Part shown: piece by piece, positions 26,966-38,498 of the stretch
Position numbering within the stretch: the first letter of the stretch is position 1
How the letters are laid out: every line of letters begins with the position of its first letter
Assembly: GCA_010909165.1 (NCBI GenBank)
Contig: VJWM01000134.1
Coordinates: 620,001 to 684,000 of the forward strand
Length of the DNA: 64,000 nt
Direction: 5' to 3'
Source of the DNA: Anthoceros angustus
Lineage: Eukaryota > Plantae > Anthocerotophyta
The notes under the pieces: generated by a model
Databases searched by the model: none
The model's input: the letters and a program-made list of their open reading frames with translations, nothing else
What the model was told of the DNA's origin: nothing
Made by a program: the position numbers and the translations under genes

Positions 26966-27551
26966 CATGTTGTGAAGGTGCAACAGGTATGTGGTATATT
27001 TGAACATACTTCCCAGTTATTGCGCCTTGCTTGGTGTACCAATGGATCTTATGTTCGGGCACAAGAAGAAGGAAGAACATTACCTGACCTAAATCTTGTT
27101 CTGGAGAATGAGATGTCACATGGTAATCATGTTCAGGATACAACGGCGCAATACGGCAATGTTGTTGTCGCACCTCTTCCCATCAACCCAGGTAGCTTGG
27201 AGGAGTTGAAGCTGAAATGACGTCGAGACTTGGATGCAATCTGCATGGGTATTCCAAGCATTGTGGAATCCAAGCCTGCTATTTTGTTTGAGGTCTGCGC
27301 AATAATGGAACAAGCGCAACATCGTATTAGGGAAGTTGCAGCTCAGGTGGACGAGGCCTCAAGCAAGAAACCCAGATTAGAGGAGTTTGTTCCAATGACG
27401 GACCAACCGTTAGTGCGTTTCAAGGGCATTGAAGAACGCCAAGACCAAGAAGAAAAAGTGTTTACTTTGTGATGCCTTTGTGTTAGTCTCTAAAGGCTTG
27501 TGTACGAAAAGGCCTCTCACACATTTGCAACCGAGGTCAGAAATTGGGGTG

Positions 27552-27629
27552 AGGAATTTTGCAATCGAGGGCTGAGAAATTTTGCAATCGAGGGCTGAGA
27601 AATTTTGCAATCGAGGGCTGAGGAATTTG
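27552..27629. repeat. 23-bp tandem repeat, about 3.3 copies
   Basis: AATTTTGCAATCGAGGGCTGAG(A/G) head-to-tail, no spacers. Confidence 0.9.
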
Positions 27630-27921
27630 TTCAGACTGTTTCTAGCCTTGTATAGCCTGGACTCCTTCACTAGCATGTTTCACAAATTAGCACAATGCCC
27701 AATCCGAACTGCAAAACAAGCATACACCATGCCAACCTTTGTGCAATGGCAAGGTTCAGTTAGTCCTATCGATTGGTGCAACATCCTATTCAGCATTGCT
27801 GCCCACATTGTGGGGAATGGGGCATGCTTCTCTTTCTCTTCAGAAGAATACATGGCAAATCTGCATCTCTACAGGATTTTGGCAATCTAACGTTCCTCCA
27901 GCTTCCTTCACCAACCGCGAC

Positions 27922-28890
27922 AAGCTGCCTCAGCCTCGCCCCTGTCCTCGGCCTCGCCCAAGCTGCCTCGGCCTCGCCCATCGTCGGAAGGAGCCCCCGT
28001 CCTCGGCTTCACCCAAGCTGCCTCGGCCTCGCCCTTGTCCTCGGAAGGAGCCCCTGTCCTCGGCCTCGCCCTTGTCCTTGGAAGGAGCCCCTGTCCTCGG
28101 CCTCGCCCCGTCCCCGCGCCCTCCTCGACCTCGCCCTTGTCCCCGCGAGACCACGGCCTCCGCGAGGCGGCCCGCCCGCCTGCTGCCTCCCGCGAGGCGG
28201 CCTCCCGCGAGGGTGGCTGCCGCCCGCCTGCCTCCGCGAGGCGGCCTCCCGCCCACCTGCCTCCCGAGGGTGGCTCGCCCGCCGGCCTCCGCGAGAGGGC
28301 GGCCTCCCGCCCACCTGCCTCCCGCGAGGGTGGCTCGCCCGCCTCCTCCCCTCCTCCTGTGGCCCTCCCTCCCGTGCTCGCGCCTCCCTCCCCCCGCGCC
28401 TCCTCCCGCCCGCCCTCCCTCCCGCCCGCCCTCCTCCCGTGCTCGCGCCTCCCTCCCGCCCCGCGCCTCTCCTCCCGCCTCCTCCCTGTCCCGCGCCCTC
28501 TCACCTCGCCTTGTCCCGCGAGACCACGGCCTCCCCTCGCGAGGCGGCCCGCCCCGCGCCTCCCAGGCGGCCTCCCGAGGGTGGCTCGCCCGCCCGCCCT
28601 CCTCCGCGAGAGGGCGGCCTCCCGCCCTCCCTCCCGCGAGGGTGGCTCGCCCGCCCGTCCGCAGCCTCCGGCCTTCCCGCCTGCTGCACTGGCTGCCATG
28701 GCCCTCCCTCCCTCCTCCCTGTGGCCCGCGCCTCCCTCCCGTGCTCGCCCCTCCCGCCCCGCGCCTCCCTCCCGTCCCCGCCCTCCCTCCCGTCGCGCCC
28801 TCCCTCCCTCCTCCCTCCCGCCCCGCGCCCTCCTCCCGCCTCGCGCCCCGCCTCTCTTCGCCCAGAAGGCGGATCGCCCCGCCTGCTGCC
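27922..28890. repeat. C-rich compound minisatellite adjoining the right MULE TIR
   Basis: Recurrent CCTCGGCCTCGCCC, GGAAGGAGCCCCTGT, CTCCCGCGAGGGTGGCTCGCCCG and CCTCCC units with extreme C over G strand skew. Confidence 0.85.
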
Positions 28891-29649
28891 TTAGTTTGAG
28901 ACACCCCCGGTTCATACTCTCGCGCGGTTCTAAAATCAAGCGTGGTTGGTTTACATCACAACCTCGTTGTGGTGGGTGCGCATACTGGGGTTGTGCCGTG
29001 CTAGGCAAAATACGGCAGTGACATCCTGTATGGACCGGTAGATGGTGTTGCGTTTAAAGTATACCATGATGAGAGAGAATCGTGATGGGCGAGGCATGGC
29101 ATGCCACTTCAGATTTCACACGCGCGAAGCATTGATTGCTTCGGAGATTGAGATGCAGGCACATACCGCAGTGCCATTCCTAAAGCGCCCAGCCTACTCC
29201 TCTATCTTGCTCCATTCGCCAGTACGCGACAAGCCCCTCTTGGCTGAGTCCTTGCTGTGCATACCCAGCAATCAGAATGGTCCCTGTCACCACATCCTTT
29301 GTGGCCAAGCTTTTAAAACCCGGCGTGCATCTTCCAGTTCGCCACATTTTGCATGCATGTCCACCACGCAGGTGCCCACCAGCATGTCATATAGCCATCC
29401 TTTCTCAACAATCATGAGTGCGGTACACCAGTGCCATTTGACCTTGACCTTTCAAGGAAGGAAGGAAGGAAATGCGGTCGACCATAATGGAGACGTCTTG
29501 CTCCATTTGTCCATACACAATTTGCAAGTTTTTATGTGCTCATGTTTTTTGTGTGTCGTTGTTATGTGTTCAAGCTTAGAAAACTATCTGTGGAAGAACA
29601 GCTAGCCTGTGTATGTGCTGGATGAAGACATGTGGTGGTTTTTCAAAGG

Positions 29650-29830
29650 TTCCATGTTTAGTTTAGTGTGTTGTTCTTAATTGTTTATGTTTAGTTTATT
29701 GTGTTGTTTTTACATGTTCATGTTTAGTTTAGTGTGTTGTTATTAAGTGTTCATGTTTAGTTTAGTGTGTTGTTATTAAGTGTTCATGTTTTTTTTAGTT
29801 TGTTGTTTTTATTTGTTATTGTTTAATGTG
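29650..29830. repeat. T-rich about 33-35-bp tandem repeat, about 5 copies
   Basis: CATGTTTAGTTTAGTGTGTTGTTATTAAGTGTT and variants. Confidence 0.85.
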
Positions 29831-30239
29831 TTATTCTTATCTTCTTATTTATCGATACTCCGACAATTTTAGCATATAAGAACTTCGAAAAAAGTTGGTT
29901 TTGCTCCATTCGACTTGCAGGAGCCTGAGTGACACGCCTCCCACTCTTACGAATCTCATGGATGAATTTGATTTATTTTGATTAATATCTTATATATTCT
30001 TGAAAATGCCTATCAAAGATACAAGCTTTGAAAATAATAGGAGCTTAATTAGGATTCCACACTTTCCAAATGTAAAAGTCTCTAAGTAATATTCTGGCTG
30101 ATGGATTAATTTATTTTATTCGAATTAAATTTTGTATCTTCTCGAAAATAAAGAATAGAGTAGACGTTATTAATAGACGAGATGGGAAATCCCATCTACC
30201 CCTGAAGTTCGAAGAGGAACAACCCAAAAAGGGCTAATG

Positions 30240-30610
30240 GTAAAAAGAGAAGTCCTAGTCCCCTCGAATGCCTTTCCCGTAACTACCTACTGCATCAATG
30301 ATATCGTGATCAGGGATGATGAAGGGCCTACCTACCACGGTCAAGAAGCCGCTACTCCGCACCAGAGTCATTCTATAAACAGCGTTAGCCGCTTTTGCGA
30401 GCTATGGAAACCCGCCAATGAAAGCCACCAGAGGAAAGGGGAGGCCTCCAATTCTTGTAATGTGATAGACTTTGCACTCCTTAATTAACCTAGAGAAAAC
30501 CTTGCCCATAGCCCCATGAGTCTCGAGGGCGAGGGGGATGAAAGCATGGCCGTCTTGCATGGGAGAGTACTTGTGAGTCTTGCTGATTGCGCATCCTTCC
30601 ACCGCCTAGC
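30240..30610 (-). mobile_element. 3-prime relic of a CRE-like (restriction-like endonuclease) non-LTR retrotransposon
   Basis: KTHKY...FIPLALETHGAMG matches the K..KY...F.P.A.ET.G..G C-terminal motif of RLE-type elements. A related copy lies at 35445-35730. Confidence 0.6.
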
Positions 30611-31180
30611 CCGGGGGGTTGATGATGATGTGCTTGCATATGGAGTACTCTTCTATTCTAAGATATAAGCTTTGACAATAACAAGATTCTACTTAGATTC
30701 CACATTTTTCCTTTAAATATCTCTAAGGCTCAAGTTTGGTTGAGAGAACTCAATAGATTGTATGCTCCAACTTTCTTGTGTTGTTCTCTTTTTAAAGCTG
30801 GTTGCTGTATTCTTGGCGTTTTTTATCAAGTTTTGTAACGATGCCTCTAGCTAGGGCCTATCTTTCTCCTCAATAAGAGCGGTAAAGGTGCAGGTTCATT
30901 GAGACAAGGTTCTCCTTTGACAATAGAACCTCGTCTGTAATACCCATTAGCTCAATCCAAAACCCGGCAAGGATCTTTGACCAAGACCCATATGACTTCT
31001 TCAAATATTCTATTTTGATGAGAAATCCTTTATATTCTTCACACCATATTACTAATAACATGCAAATCATTTCACCAAAAGGTTTTCATTCATCAAAGGG
31101 ATAATGGTTCATATATGATAATGGTTCACCTATGTATATATGTGAACCTCATGATGCATGACGAAGTTGCATTTTGATGG

Positions 31181-32232
31181 ATGCCCGTAGTTTGTGAATA
31201 CTCCAAAGAGGGAACCAACACTTGTCACAACGATTTGAAGGCCATTATGACAAATTGTAGCATTTGTTTAAATTCATTAATTGAATCGGAAGACACTTCT
31301 GTAATCCAAACACCATGCTTTCACTCATTCCATCGGCCATGCCTTCAACGATGGGTACTTAGACAAGCCACTTATCTCTTATGTAGACGTTATATCATTA
31401 ACCTCTTCCATCAATTGGGCCTAGAGGTTATTCAAGAGAAGCCAATTGCTCATGAGAGGCCATTATTACCATCACGATTATGAGAACAAGCACATGGAAG
31501 TTCAGGGCACCTACAAAGTGGGATGCCTCCAGACATACTTATAATATTTGAGAGGATCTACGAAATGCATGTCAAATTCTTCCCTAAAATGATCCCTGTA
31601 GTGACGCATGAGAGGTCATTACTATTACCATTTTTAGAGGGGTCATCCCGCATCGAAGAACTCTCGCATGGGAGTTTGGCATGCTCACAAAGTGAGATGA
31701 CTTTAGTGGCTCAAGAGAGGTCATTACCATTACCTAGAGGTTGTCTCGCGCAGAAGAACTCATGCATGTGAATTCAGCACGCCCACTAAATGAGACGACA
31801 TCTGCGGCGAAAGAACTCACGCATGCAAATTCAACACGCTCACCAAGTGACAAGACGTTAACGTTTGTGGCGAAAAGAACTCACGCATGCACATTCAATA
31901 CGCCCACAAAGTGATACGACGTATGTGCCGGAAGAACTCACGCATGCGAATTCAGCACACCCACAAAATAGACGACGTTTGTGGCAGAGAAACTCACACA
32001 TGCGAATTCAGCATGCCCACAAAGTGAGACGACGTCTGTAGGAGAAGAACTCACACTTACAAATTCAGCATGCCCACAAAGTGAGACGATGTCTATGGCA
32101 GAAGAACTCACGCTTGCGAATTCAGCAGACTTACAAAGTGAGACGATGTCACAGACATCTATAGAAAGATATAAGGTGCCCGAGAGTGTATCACTGATAT
32201 GGGCAACCTTGAGAGAAAGGTCATTCTCATAG
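31181..32232 (+). pseudogene. RING-H2 finger protein with downstream 20-aa tandem repeats, disrupted
   Basis: CSICLNSL...TPCFHSFHRPCLQRW...TYLLCR (seventh ligand Cys appears as Tyr), followed by HERxLLP repeats and EELTHANSACPQSETTSV repeats across several frames. Confidence 0.6.
31750..32160 (+). repeat. About 60-bp coding tandem repeat, about 7 copies
   Basis: GAAGAACTCACGCATGCGAATTCAGCA.GCCCACAAAGTGAGACGACGTCTGTGGCA variants. Confidence 0.88.
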
Positions 32233-33244
32233 TACCAATTGCCTATTACCTCATTCAAGAGATCAAAAACCTTGGAGACGCCCTTAGAGAGTAGGGCACA
32301 GGTATTAGGCTTGGGGCAAGTGGAAAGAGAAGGTTGTGGAAGTGTAAAAAGAATGAGTAGTACCTTGAGATGGGAGCCACCCGCACGATAGTTGTGAGTA
32401 CAAAGGTTGGGAAGGAGAAGAAAACATCAGAGATAGTCGAGTTTGAATCCATGCCTGCCACAAGTTAAACATTTTCCAACTTGTCGAGGCTTGTGGCAGG
32501 CATGAATCCATGCCTACCTCAAAATCCGACAAGTTGGAGAATGTTTAACCTGTAAGGGCACTATCTATAGCATCCGTCACAAATATATCATAGTTCTTAT
32601 AAATGTACTACCTAGTCTTAAGTCATTGGTGTTTAAAAATGAAGATTTAGAGTTAACTCCAAAAGGTTATCTTACACTTGGAACTTATTTTTCTTCTTGA
32701 AAGCTATCAAGCTTTAAAATTGTAAAAAATTAATATATTCTTCAAGGTTTTTAAAAAATATAATATATTTTAAAATATCTTTGAATCTTAGAACTTTATT
32801 GTTGAGGTAAGCACCCCATCCTAGTAGTTAGGGGGTCTTCACTCCAGAGTTCATCAGAGCTGATGCATGTGTTCAAGATGTCCCTTGAACAAAACACAAA
32901 CTATATCTAATTGCAAAGGATATCTATTATGAGGCTCAAGATATGGACTACAAAGAAAAGCTTTCCTTGTTATCAAGTTATCATCTGTATTTAATATATT
33001 TTTTTGTAGCTACTTTTATAAGCTCAAAATGTGTTCAATGTCCGCCCTTGAGAATTGTGACAAATGGACACACATATTTTAAGAATGTCCTATTTAAGCC
33101 TTCTACACTACAAGGGGGACCCGGATGGGGTACCTAGAGAGGAATTCCTTCGCTGCTAGTAGCCTAGTTTACTCCATGGAGCAAGTTGCCCGGAGAACCA
33201 AGTCCCATGGCGGCATGTCCGTCCTTAGTGAACTTAAGGTAAAT

Positions 33245-35200
33245 TTAATTTGTTTGTTTGTTTCACAAAGTACCCATGAGTTTATAAGAACATTGTGATT
33301 GAGCAACCTCCGGTCGGATGACTACTAAGATGGGATACCACCTTCGACTAATTACTTTTGGCCCTCGGTGGCTTGCCTGTTCTGAAATCCTTAAGGCCCG
33401 CATGATATATGATTCGTGTTGTCTCACCCGCAAAAAGGGCAGCTGTTGTAAGCTTCTGAAGCCGCTTGATATATGCTCTCTACTATCACGCCCGCCAACA
33501 AGGGCTACTTTTGTAAGGCCCTCAGGGTCCTTTAAATTACATGAAATGTAAGCCCCCGACCTCTGACGCCATGCTCTTTTTTTTCACGATGGTTAAGGTG
33601 GCCCTGGAACGTAAAGGGCAACCCTCCATTGCACTAGTACTCCTACACACTCACATCTTTCAAAGTTTACGATTCACTCAGTCCTTTGTCCATCCATCTC
33701 ATCCTAACTCAATTCTTTCCCCAGCACTCCGAGAGGCCAGAATTTCTGGTCCATCTCTACCTCCCCTCCCTGTAGACACTTGGATCCAAGATACTGATAT
33801 TCCTCTTCTCATGACATATGTAATCATCTCTTCTGTTTGTCCTGGGCATGCAGGCCCGCACTCTGGTCTCCTACGGCCCCTTTTAGTGTGCTGGCAGAGT
33901 ATGGGCATCTCTTTTGGCCCTCATCCCAAGCATTAAGCTGCGAGTTACGAGGAGTGTACGATCCTATCCATGTGTTCTTCTCTTAATTGTCAGTTCGCAG
34001 AAGTCAAAATTTGCCCTTCTCGTCCATGTGCCCCTCACGCCCAATGGTTTCTTTCCTATGAGGGCGACCTCTAAAAAGCTTTTTTTGCAAATTCACACAG
34101 ATACATAGGCACGGAGCTGGGCTGACTGTTCTTAGCCTTGGGCCCTTAGCATTTAGTTCATCGGGGATGTAGAAAGCGAACTCCCCTCTAGAACCTGATG
34201 ATGTAACGTCTTATTTCAAGATTATGGAAATTGTCCCATGATGTGGACCAGAGAGCCATATGCATATCGTGCCTTCGAAAAGGGTCGACGCTTAACTGCA
34301 CACTTTTGATGAAGTCAGTTAGGCACTCACACGTGCTCTGGATACATACGTGTGAAAAGGGCTGCCTTGTAGGCAATGGGGAGTTTCGTAAATCACATAG
34401 ACCAAGTTGCACACACACATTGACACAAGACGATTGCTCAGAATTTAGGCTGGCCGGAGCCCGACATCAGGAAATTGTTCCAAATCAGAGAAGCGGCGCT
34501 TTCCTCTCTGCGATTTTGACAACTACATCCCTAGCCATCAGTATTCCGTTTTCTTCTCCATGATGCCGCCATACGTCAGCAGCGCTTCTTGCATGATGCT
34601 ATTTAGTTCAGATTATCATTAGGCGATTGAGTCACACCACCTACGTGCTGTGTCACGCACCATCTTATGATCCAGATGCAACCCTCGTGCACAATTTTGG
34701 TGTGAATGGGGAGAAAAGGGGTTGTCGTCTTCTTCATGGCGACTCACTAGGCGTCCATAGCCAGGCTCCTTTTCGGTCTGTCAAGCGGTGATTGTATGCA
34801 CGGATGGCCGGTTCCTGCATTCGTAACATGCTGCCTCCCATGAGACGTTGCTAGGAGTGCTTGGCCTAGAGCCTTAATTCTGGTTGCATGTAAGGTTCCT
34901 ACACGACGATTCTAGCCAGTGTTTCTAGACTAAGTCTAATATTAGCCTTGAATTCTAGAGTTGTATACCCAATCTATACTTGCCGTCCTTCAACTAGCAG
35001 CATCACATGATGCATACCTTGATTAGTATTTAACTATCTGCCTGTTGCTGCTTGGCAATGGATATAGCCCAAACTTATCAGCTTGTAGCAATTCTAGCAT
35101 ATATTCTATACTGAGCGGATAGCTCACCCTACATACCTCGTTGGCATCATGACGATGCTCCTCTATGGATGCAGCCCGGGTTGTGATGACCAGCTAGGTA
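33245..35200 (-). mobile_element. Highly degenerate L1-type LINE
   Basis: Minus-strand relics in LINE order: IDWVY (endonuclease-like), VNRKL...EGCPL (RT QGCPL-like), GIP, then an AAAC-repeat tail at about 33250-33265. Confidence 0.4.
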
Positions 35201-35444
35201 ATGTGGGTAGTTATCTAACTAGTGTGCTTTAATTCGGCCATCTTGTATTGGGCAACTTTTTAATTTTATTCTTTTGAATATTATGATCGATATCACACAA
35301 ATAAATTACTGACTTTTTTAGAGTATGGAGTGAAGTCCAGGATTGGAGAGGCTTTATAAATGTAGAAAGAAAAAAGATGGAAAAACCACCATCTTCATCG
35401 AAAAAAAGTGGTTAACCTAAGAAGGGGCATCTGTCCAAGGGGGA

Positions 35445-35730
35445 CTAACTCCTGCGATCGCTGTTCTCAAAACTACATACCGCCCTAAGAATATCGTGAT
35501 CGGGTATAAGAAAGGGCCTACCTATCATCGCCGCTGAAGACGCCGCCTCCCTTGTGCTAGTCGCCGTCTCGATGGATACCCGTTGCCTGAAGAAAGACAC
35601 AATACAAGAAAGGGGGAGACTAACCCCATTCTTGTGATCGTGGTAAGCCTTAGCACAGGCCTTAAGGAACTTCGAGAAGTCCCGACCCATGGCCTCGTGA
35701 GTCTCGATGGTGAGGGGGATGAAAGTGTGG
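35445..35730 (-). mobile_element. Second 3-prime relic of a CRE-like non-LTR retrotransposon
   Basis: HTFIPLTIETHEAMG...SFFRQRVSI, homologous to 30240-30610. Confidence 0.6.
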
Positions 35731-36199
35731 CATGAAGTGATGGAGTGAAGTTGCATGGAAGTTAAACAAATACCCAAGTCAATTTGATATGCAATCTTTC
35801 ATTATTGTTAGTAATAATGTGGTTTAAAGAAATTAAATTTAATAATACATAATCTTCTTATTATTACTACAGCTCTTGTTGGCTCTAAGGTGGAGACGGA
35901 GCCACACCACGCCATTGTCATGCTCTAATGTCTCATAAAATCTTTAGAATACTATATAAAATGTTTGGTGGACCCGTATTACATCTCAAATGTCCCTTGT
36001 AGCCTTGGTCTCATCCTTCCCAAGTATCTGTATTATAGAGTGCACTATGCTCTCTGCTTAGAGGTGGGATACACTTAATTTCGCTTTGGACAACATATTT
36101 GTCCAAATGTTCTACGATGTGAGCTCTCCAACATTTCACCCAGCTCTCAAGTTTAATCCGCTTTGGGCTTGTATACCTTATATGTACCTTATCCGATAG

Positions 36200-36770
36200 G
36201 TAATCGAGGCAAACATTTCAAGCTCTTTGGTGTAGTACGCTGCTGCTTAAGGTTCAGTCCTTCCTCTAGCTAAATCTGCACCAAGCTCTCCTTGCCAAGG
36301 TGAGGCTTGCAAAGTTTGCTCCCATTTCTCTGTTGTGTCTCAGGCGCCTTTCTGTTCTAGAGTCGACTCTTCATTTATTCTTCTTTTGCTCTTCAAGACA
36401 AGCATTCTGGGCAACTCCATGACAGGTTCCCCATATTCATAGAAGCTAAGCCTTCGCCCCACTACTTTTGTACTTCCCTTCGCCCCGCTACTATTGTACT
36501 TCCCTTCGCCCCTCTCCATCCCTCATCCCTTCACTTCTTTTGCATGCAATTGTCTTGCATGAAATTTGGCTTTCTAGAAACGCTCTCGTGTTGCAAAGGA
36601 AATCAGATCCCCCCTCATTGGTTAAGTCTATAGTTCAACTTAGGTGGCTCATATCTGCTAGGATCCCTTTTCTTTCTCCCCTTCGGATCGATAGGCCCTC
36701 CTTGGCCCCCGCCGTCCTTTTCTTCTTTGTGAACCTTTTGGGAAACAAACAAATAAATTAAAAATAATTG
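36200..36770 (+). mobile_element. 3-prime relic of plant L1 LINE ORF2
   Basis: zf-RVT-like LESTLHLFFFCSSRQAFW and HEIWLSRN motifs, followed by an A-rich tail AAACAAACAAATAAATTAAAAATAA. Confidence 0.7.
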
Positions 36771-36799
36771 TATGGTTTAAATAATTAAAAAAGAATTTA

Positions 36800-37439
36800 A
36801 GTAGGTAGTTGTTATAATTGAAAAACGTTTTATATACCTAATATAGCCTTATATATTAGTAGTTATATTTGAACTTTAAAGCTCTTCTCCTACAGCTGAA
36901 TTTGTTTCCAAATAAGCATCTTAAGGCCAAATGATTTGACTCCTTTGTCATGGAAGTAGATAAGTTTTTAATCCAAATAGATAAGAATTTTGTATTTAAG
37001 CTTGCCATGAGAAAAACACTTTTGCGACCCGATCGTGCTCATATCTGATCATGAGATTTGGAACTGATTAATTTAAAACTAGACAAGGGATTGAAATCTT
37101 AACAACTTGTTCCATTTGCTCGTCTTACAAAAAAGACCAAAATTGGTCAGTTCCCACTCCCAGCTCTTTGCGACAAATCCAAGTCCTTAGTCCCCGCCCT
37201 TCTTCAGTACGATGGTTTCTCTTGTGTGAGATCATTGTGCGCACGATCTTTTTAAGTAGTTATTATAATTTAAAAATATTTCTATTAGAAGTGAAGATAC
37301 TTCCATTGTTGAGGGCAAGTTTGTAATGGGGCAGTAGTGATGAAGTGTCGAAAGATGAATTTTATTTATTCTATATTAAAATAAAATCAATGCTACATTA
37401 GGTGTATAAAATCTTTTTCAATTATAACAACTGCCTACT
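36800..37439. mobile_element. MITE with about 48-bp TIRs and flanking TA
   Basis: AGTAGGTAGTTGTTATAATTGAAAAACGTTTTATATACCTAATATAGC versus reverse complement AGTAGGCAGTTGTTATAATTGAAAAAGATTTTATACACCTAATGTAGC. Confidence 0.85.
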
Positions 37440-38498
37440 TATAATTATGCCCGAATTCTATGTTGTATCCTAAAATTGTCCGTCTTGTCAACAACAGCCG
37501 GAGGCTCCTTGTTTTGAGTCCTGGATTTGTTTGTGGTCGGATTTCGGTTCTTAGACTTTAGAGCAGACCATGGCCGGGTCCTCTTCTACCTGCCACATTT
37601 TTCCTCGAAAAAAACAGACCTCATCTTCGCCCTCTATGATGCAAAGACCACAAGATTCCTGGTAGATGCTGAAAGATGCTGCTCACCTATGTTGTACACA
37701 ATGCCCAAGCCGTTCCGCGCTCCGCCCACCGCCGTGCTCTTTTGCTTCCATACGGTTCCGGTATCCCGGTCCCTTGCGCGCACACCAGTTCGGTTGGAGG
37801 GATAGGGACACCGGTTGATGGCGGATCCCAAGACGCATATTCCTTCGTCAATGACCGGACATCAACGGATGCGTGGCCACTGCCATGCCGTTGCTTTGCT
37901 GCATCATGGCGCGGGTACCTATGCCTCAATCCTTGTGCCCCTTCAATACATTCATTTCCTGTGCCGGCTGCTCAACTCTCATATTTTCGCCTCGCATCGC
38001 CTACATTCGGCTAGCCTCAGCGCAAGCATGTCTCAACGTTGTCGCTCCGAGAAGAGAGCTCCTGCTCCCCCGTTGCCGCCACCGCCGCCGCCGAGCCCCG
38101 ATTACGCCGAACATGCCGAAGTCATCCGGAAGTGGGCAACAGACTCCAAATACACGCCCGATCAGGTGGATGCCATTATCGGGCTGCTGGATGAAGGATG
38201 GTTGAGCGCTCACCCTGTTCCTGCTCGAATGCAATGGCTTGCATTCGATGGCGAAAATTATAGGCATCGAGGTTTTGGCGTCAATTTGCGATACGGCAAG
38301 GTGGCCGATTTATTCGATCTTTCACCTTGATTCACGGAGATGGCTGTGATTCACAGAGATGGCTGGTTGTAATTCAATGCCAGGTTGTCTTCATTCACAG
38401 ACAAATAAAGATCCACCTTCTAGCACATCAATCAATCTTTCGCGCCTAATTGTACGTCTCTCTCATGTCTTCTTGCTAATAAACGGCCTTCTCCCTCC

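Larger units (their letters stand above)
15616..27540 (+). pseudogene. MULE/SWIM transposase, frameshifted, partly duplicated and split by an LTR-type insertion
   Basis: Motifs IAYIPWNRVEDF, YWCSYG, GCMANFVVKRL, YHLFTVMV, FLVDDCFSEI, VVLCLWHVRKA and SWIM CTCGMAQKGFICKHV. Reading resumes as VKVQQV at about 26971 after the insertion. Confidence 0.85.
15300..29160 (+). mobile_element. Mutator-like element (MULE) with about 275-bp TIRs and 9-bp TSD
   Basis: 15300-15576 is the inverted copy of 28891-29160. The same ACATACCGC lies at 15291-15299 and 29161-29169. Internal SWIM-domain transposase. Confidence 0.95.

Noticed and set aside
27552-27629. CRISPR-like short repeats
   Set aside because: Head-to-tail with no unique spacers, eukaryotic context, no cas genes.
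33106-33114. CACTA transposon terminus (CACTACAAG)
   Set aside because: No matching inverted end or CACTA transposase seen.
35412-35426. TTAACCTAAGAAGG as the piggyBac left end
   Set aside because: Weaker match to the right end and lies in the 3-prime tail of the CRE-like relic.
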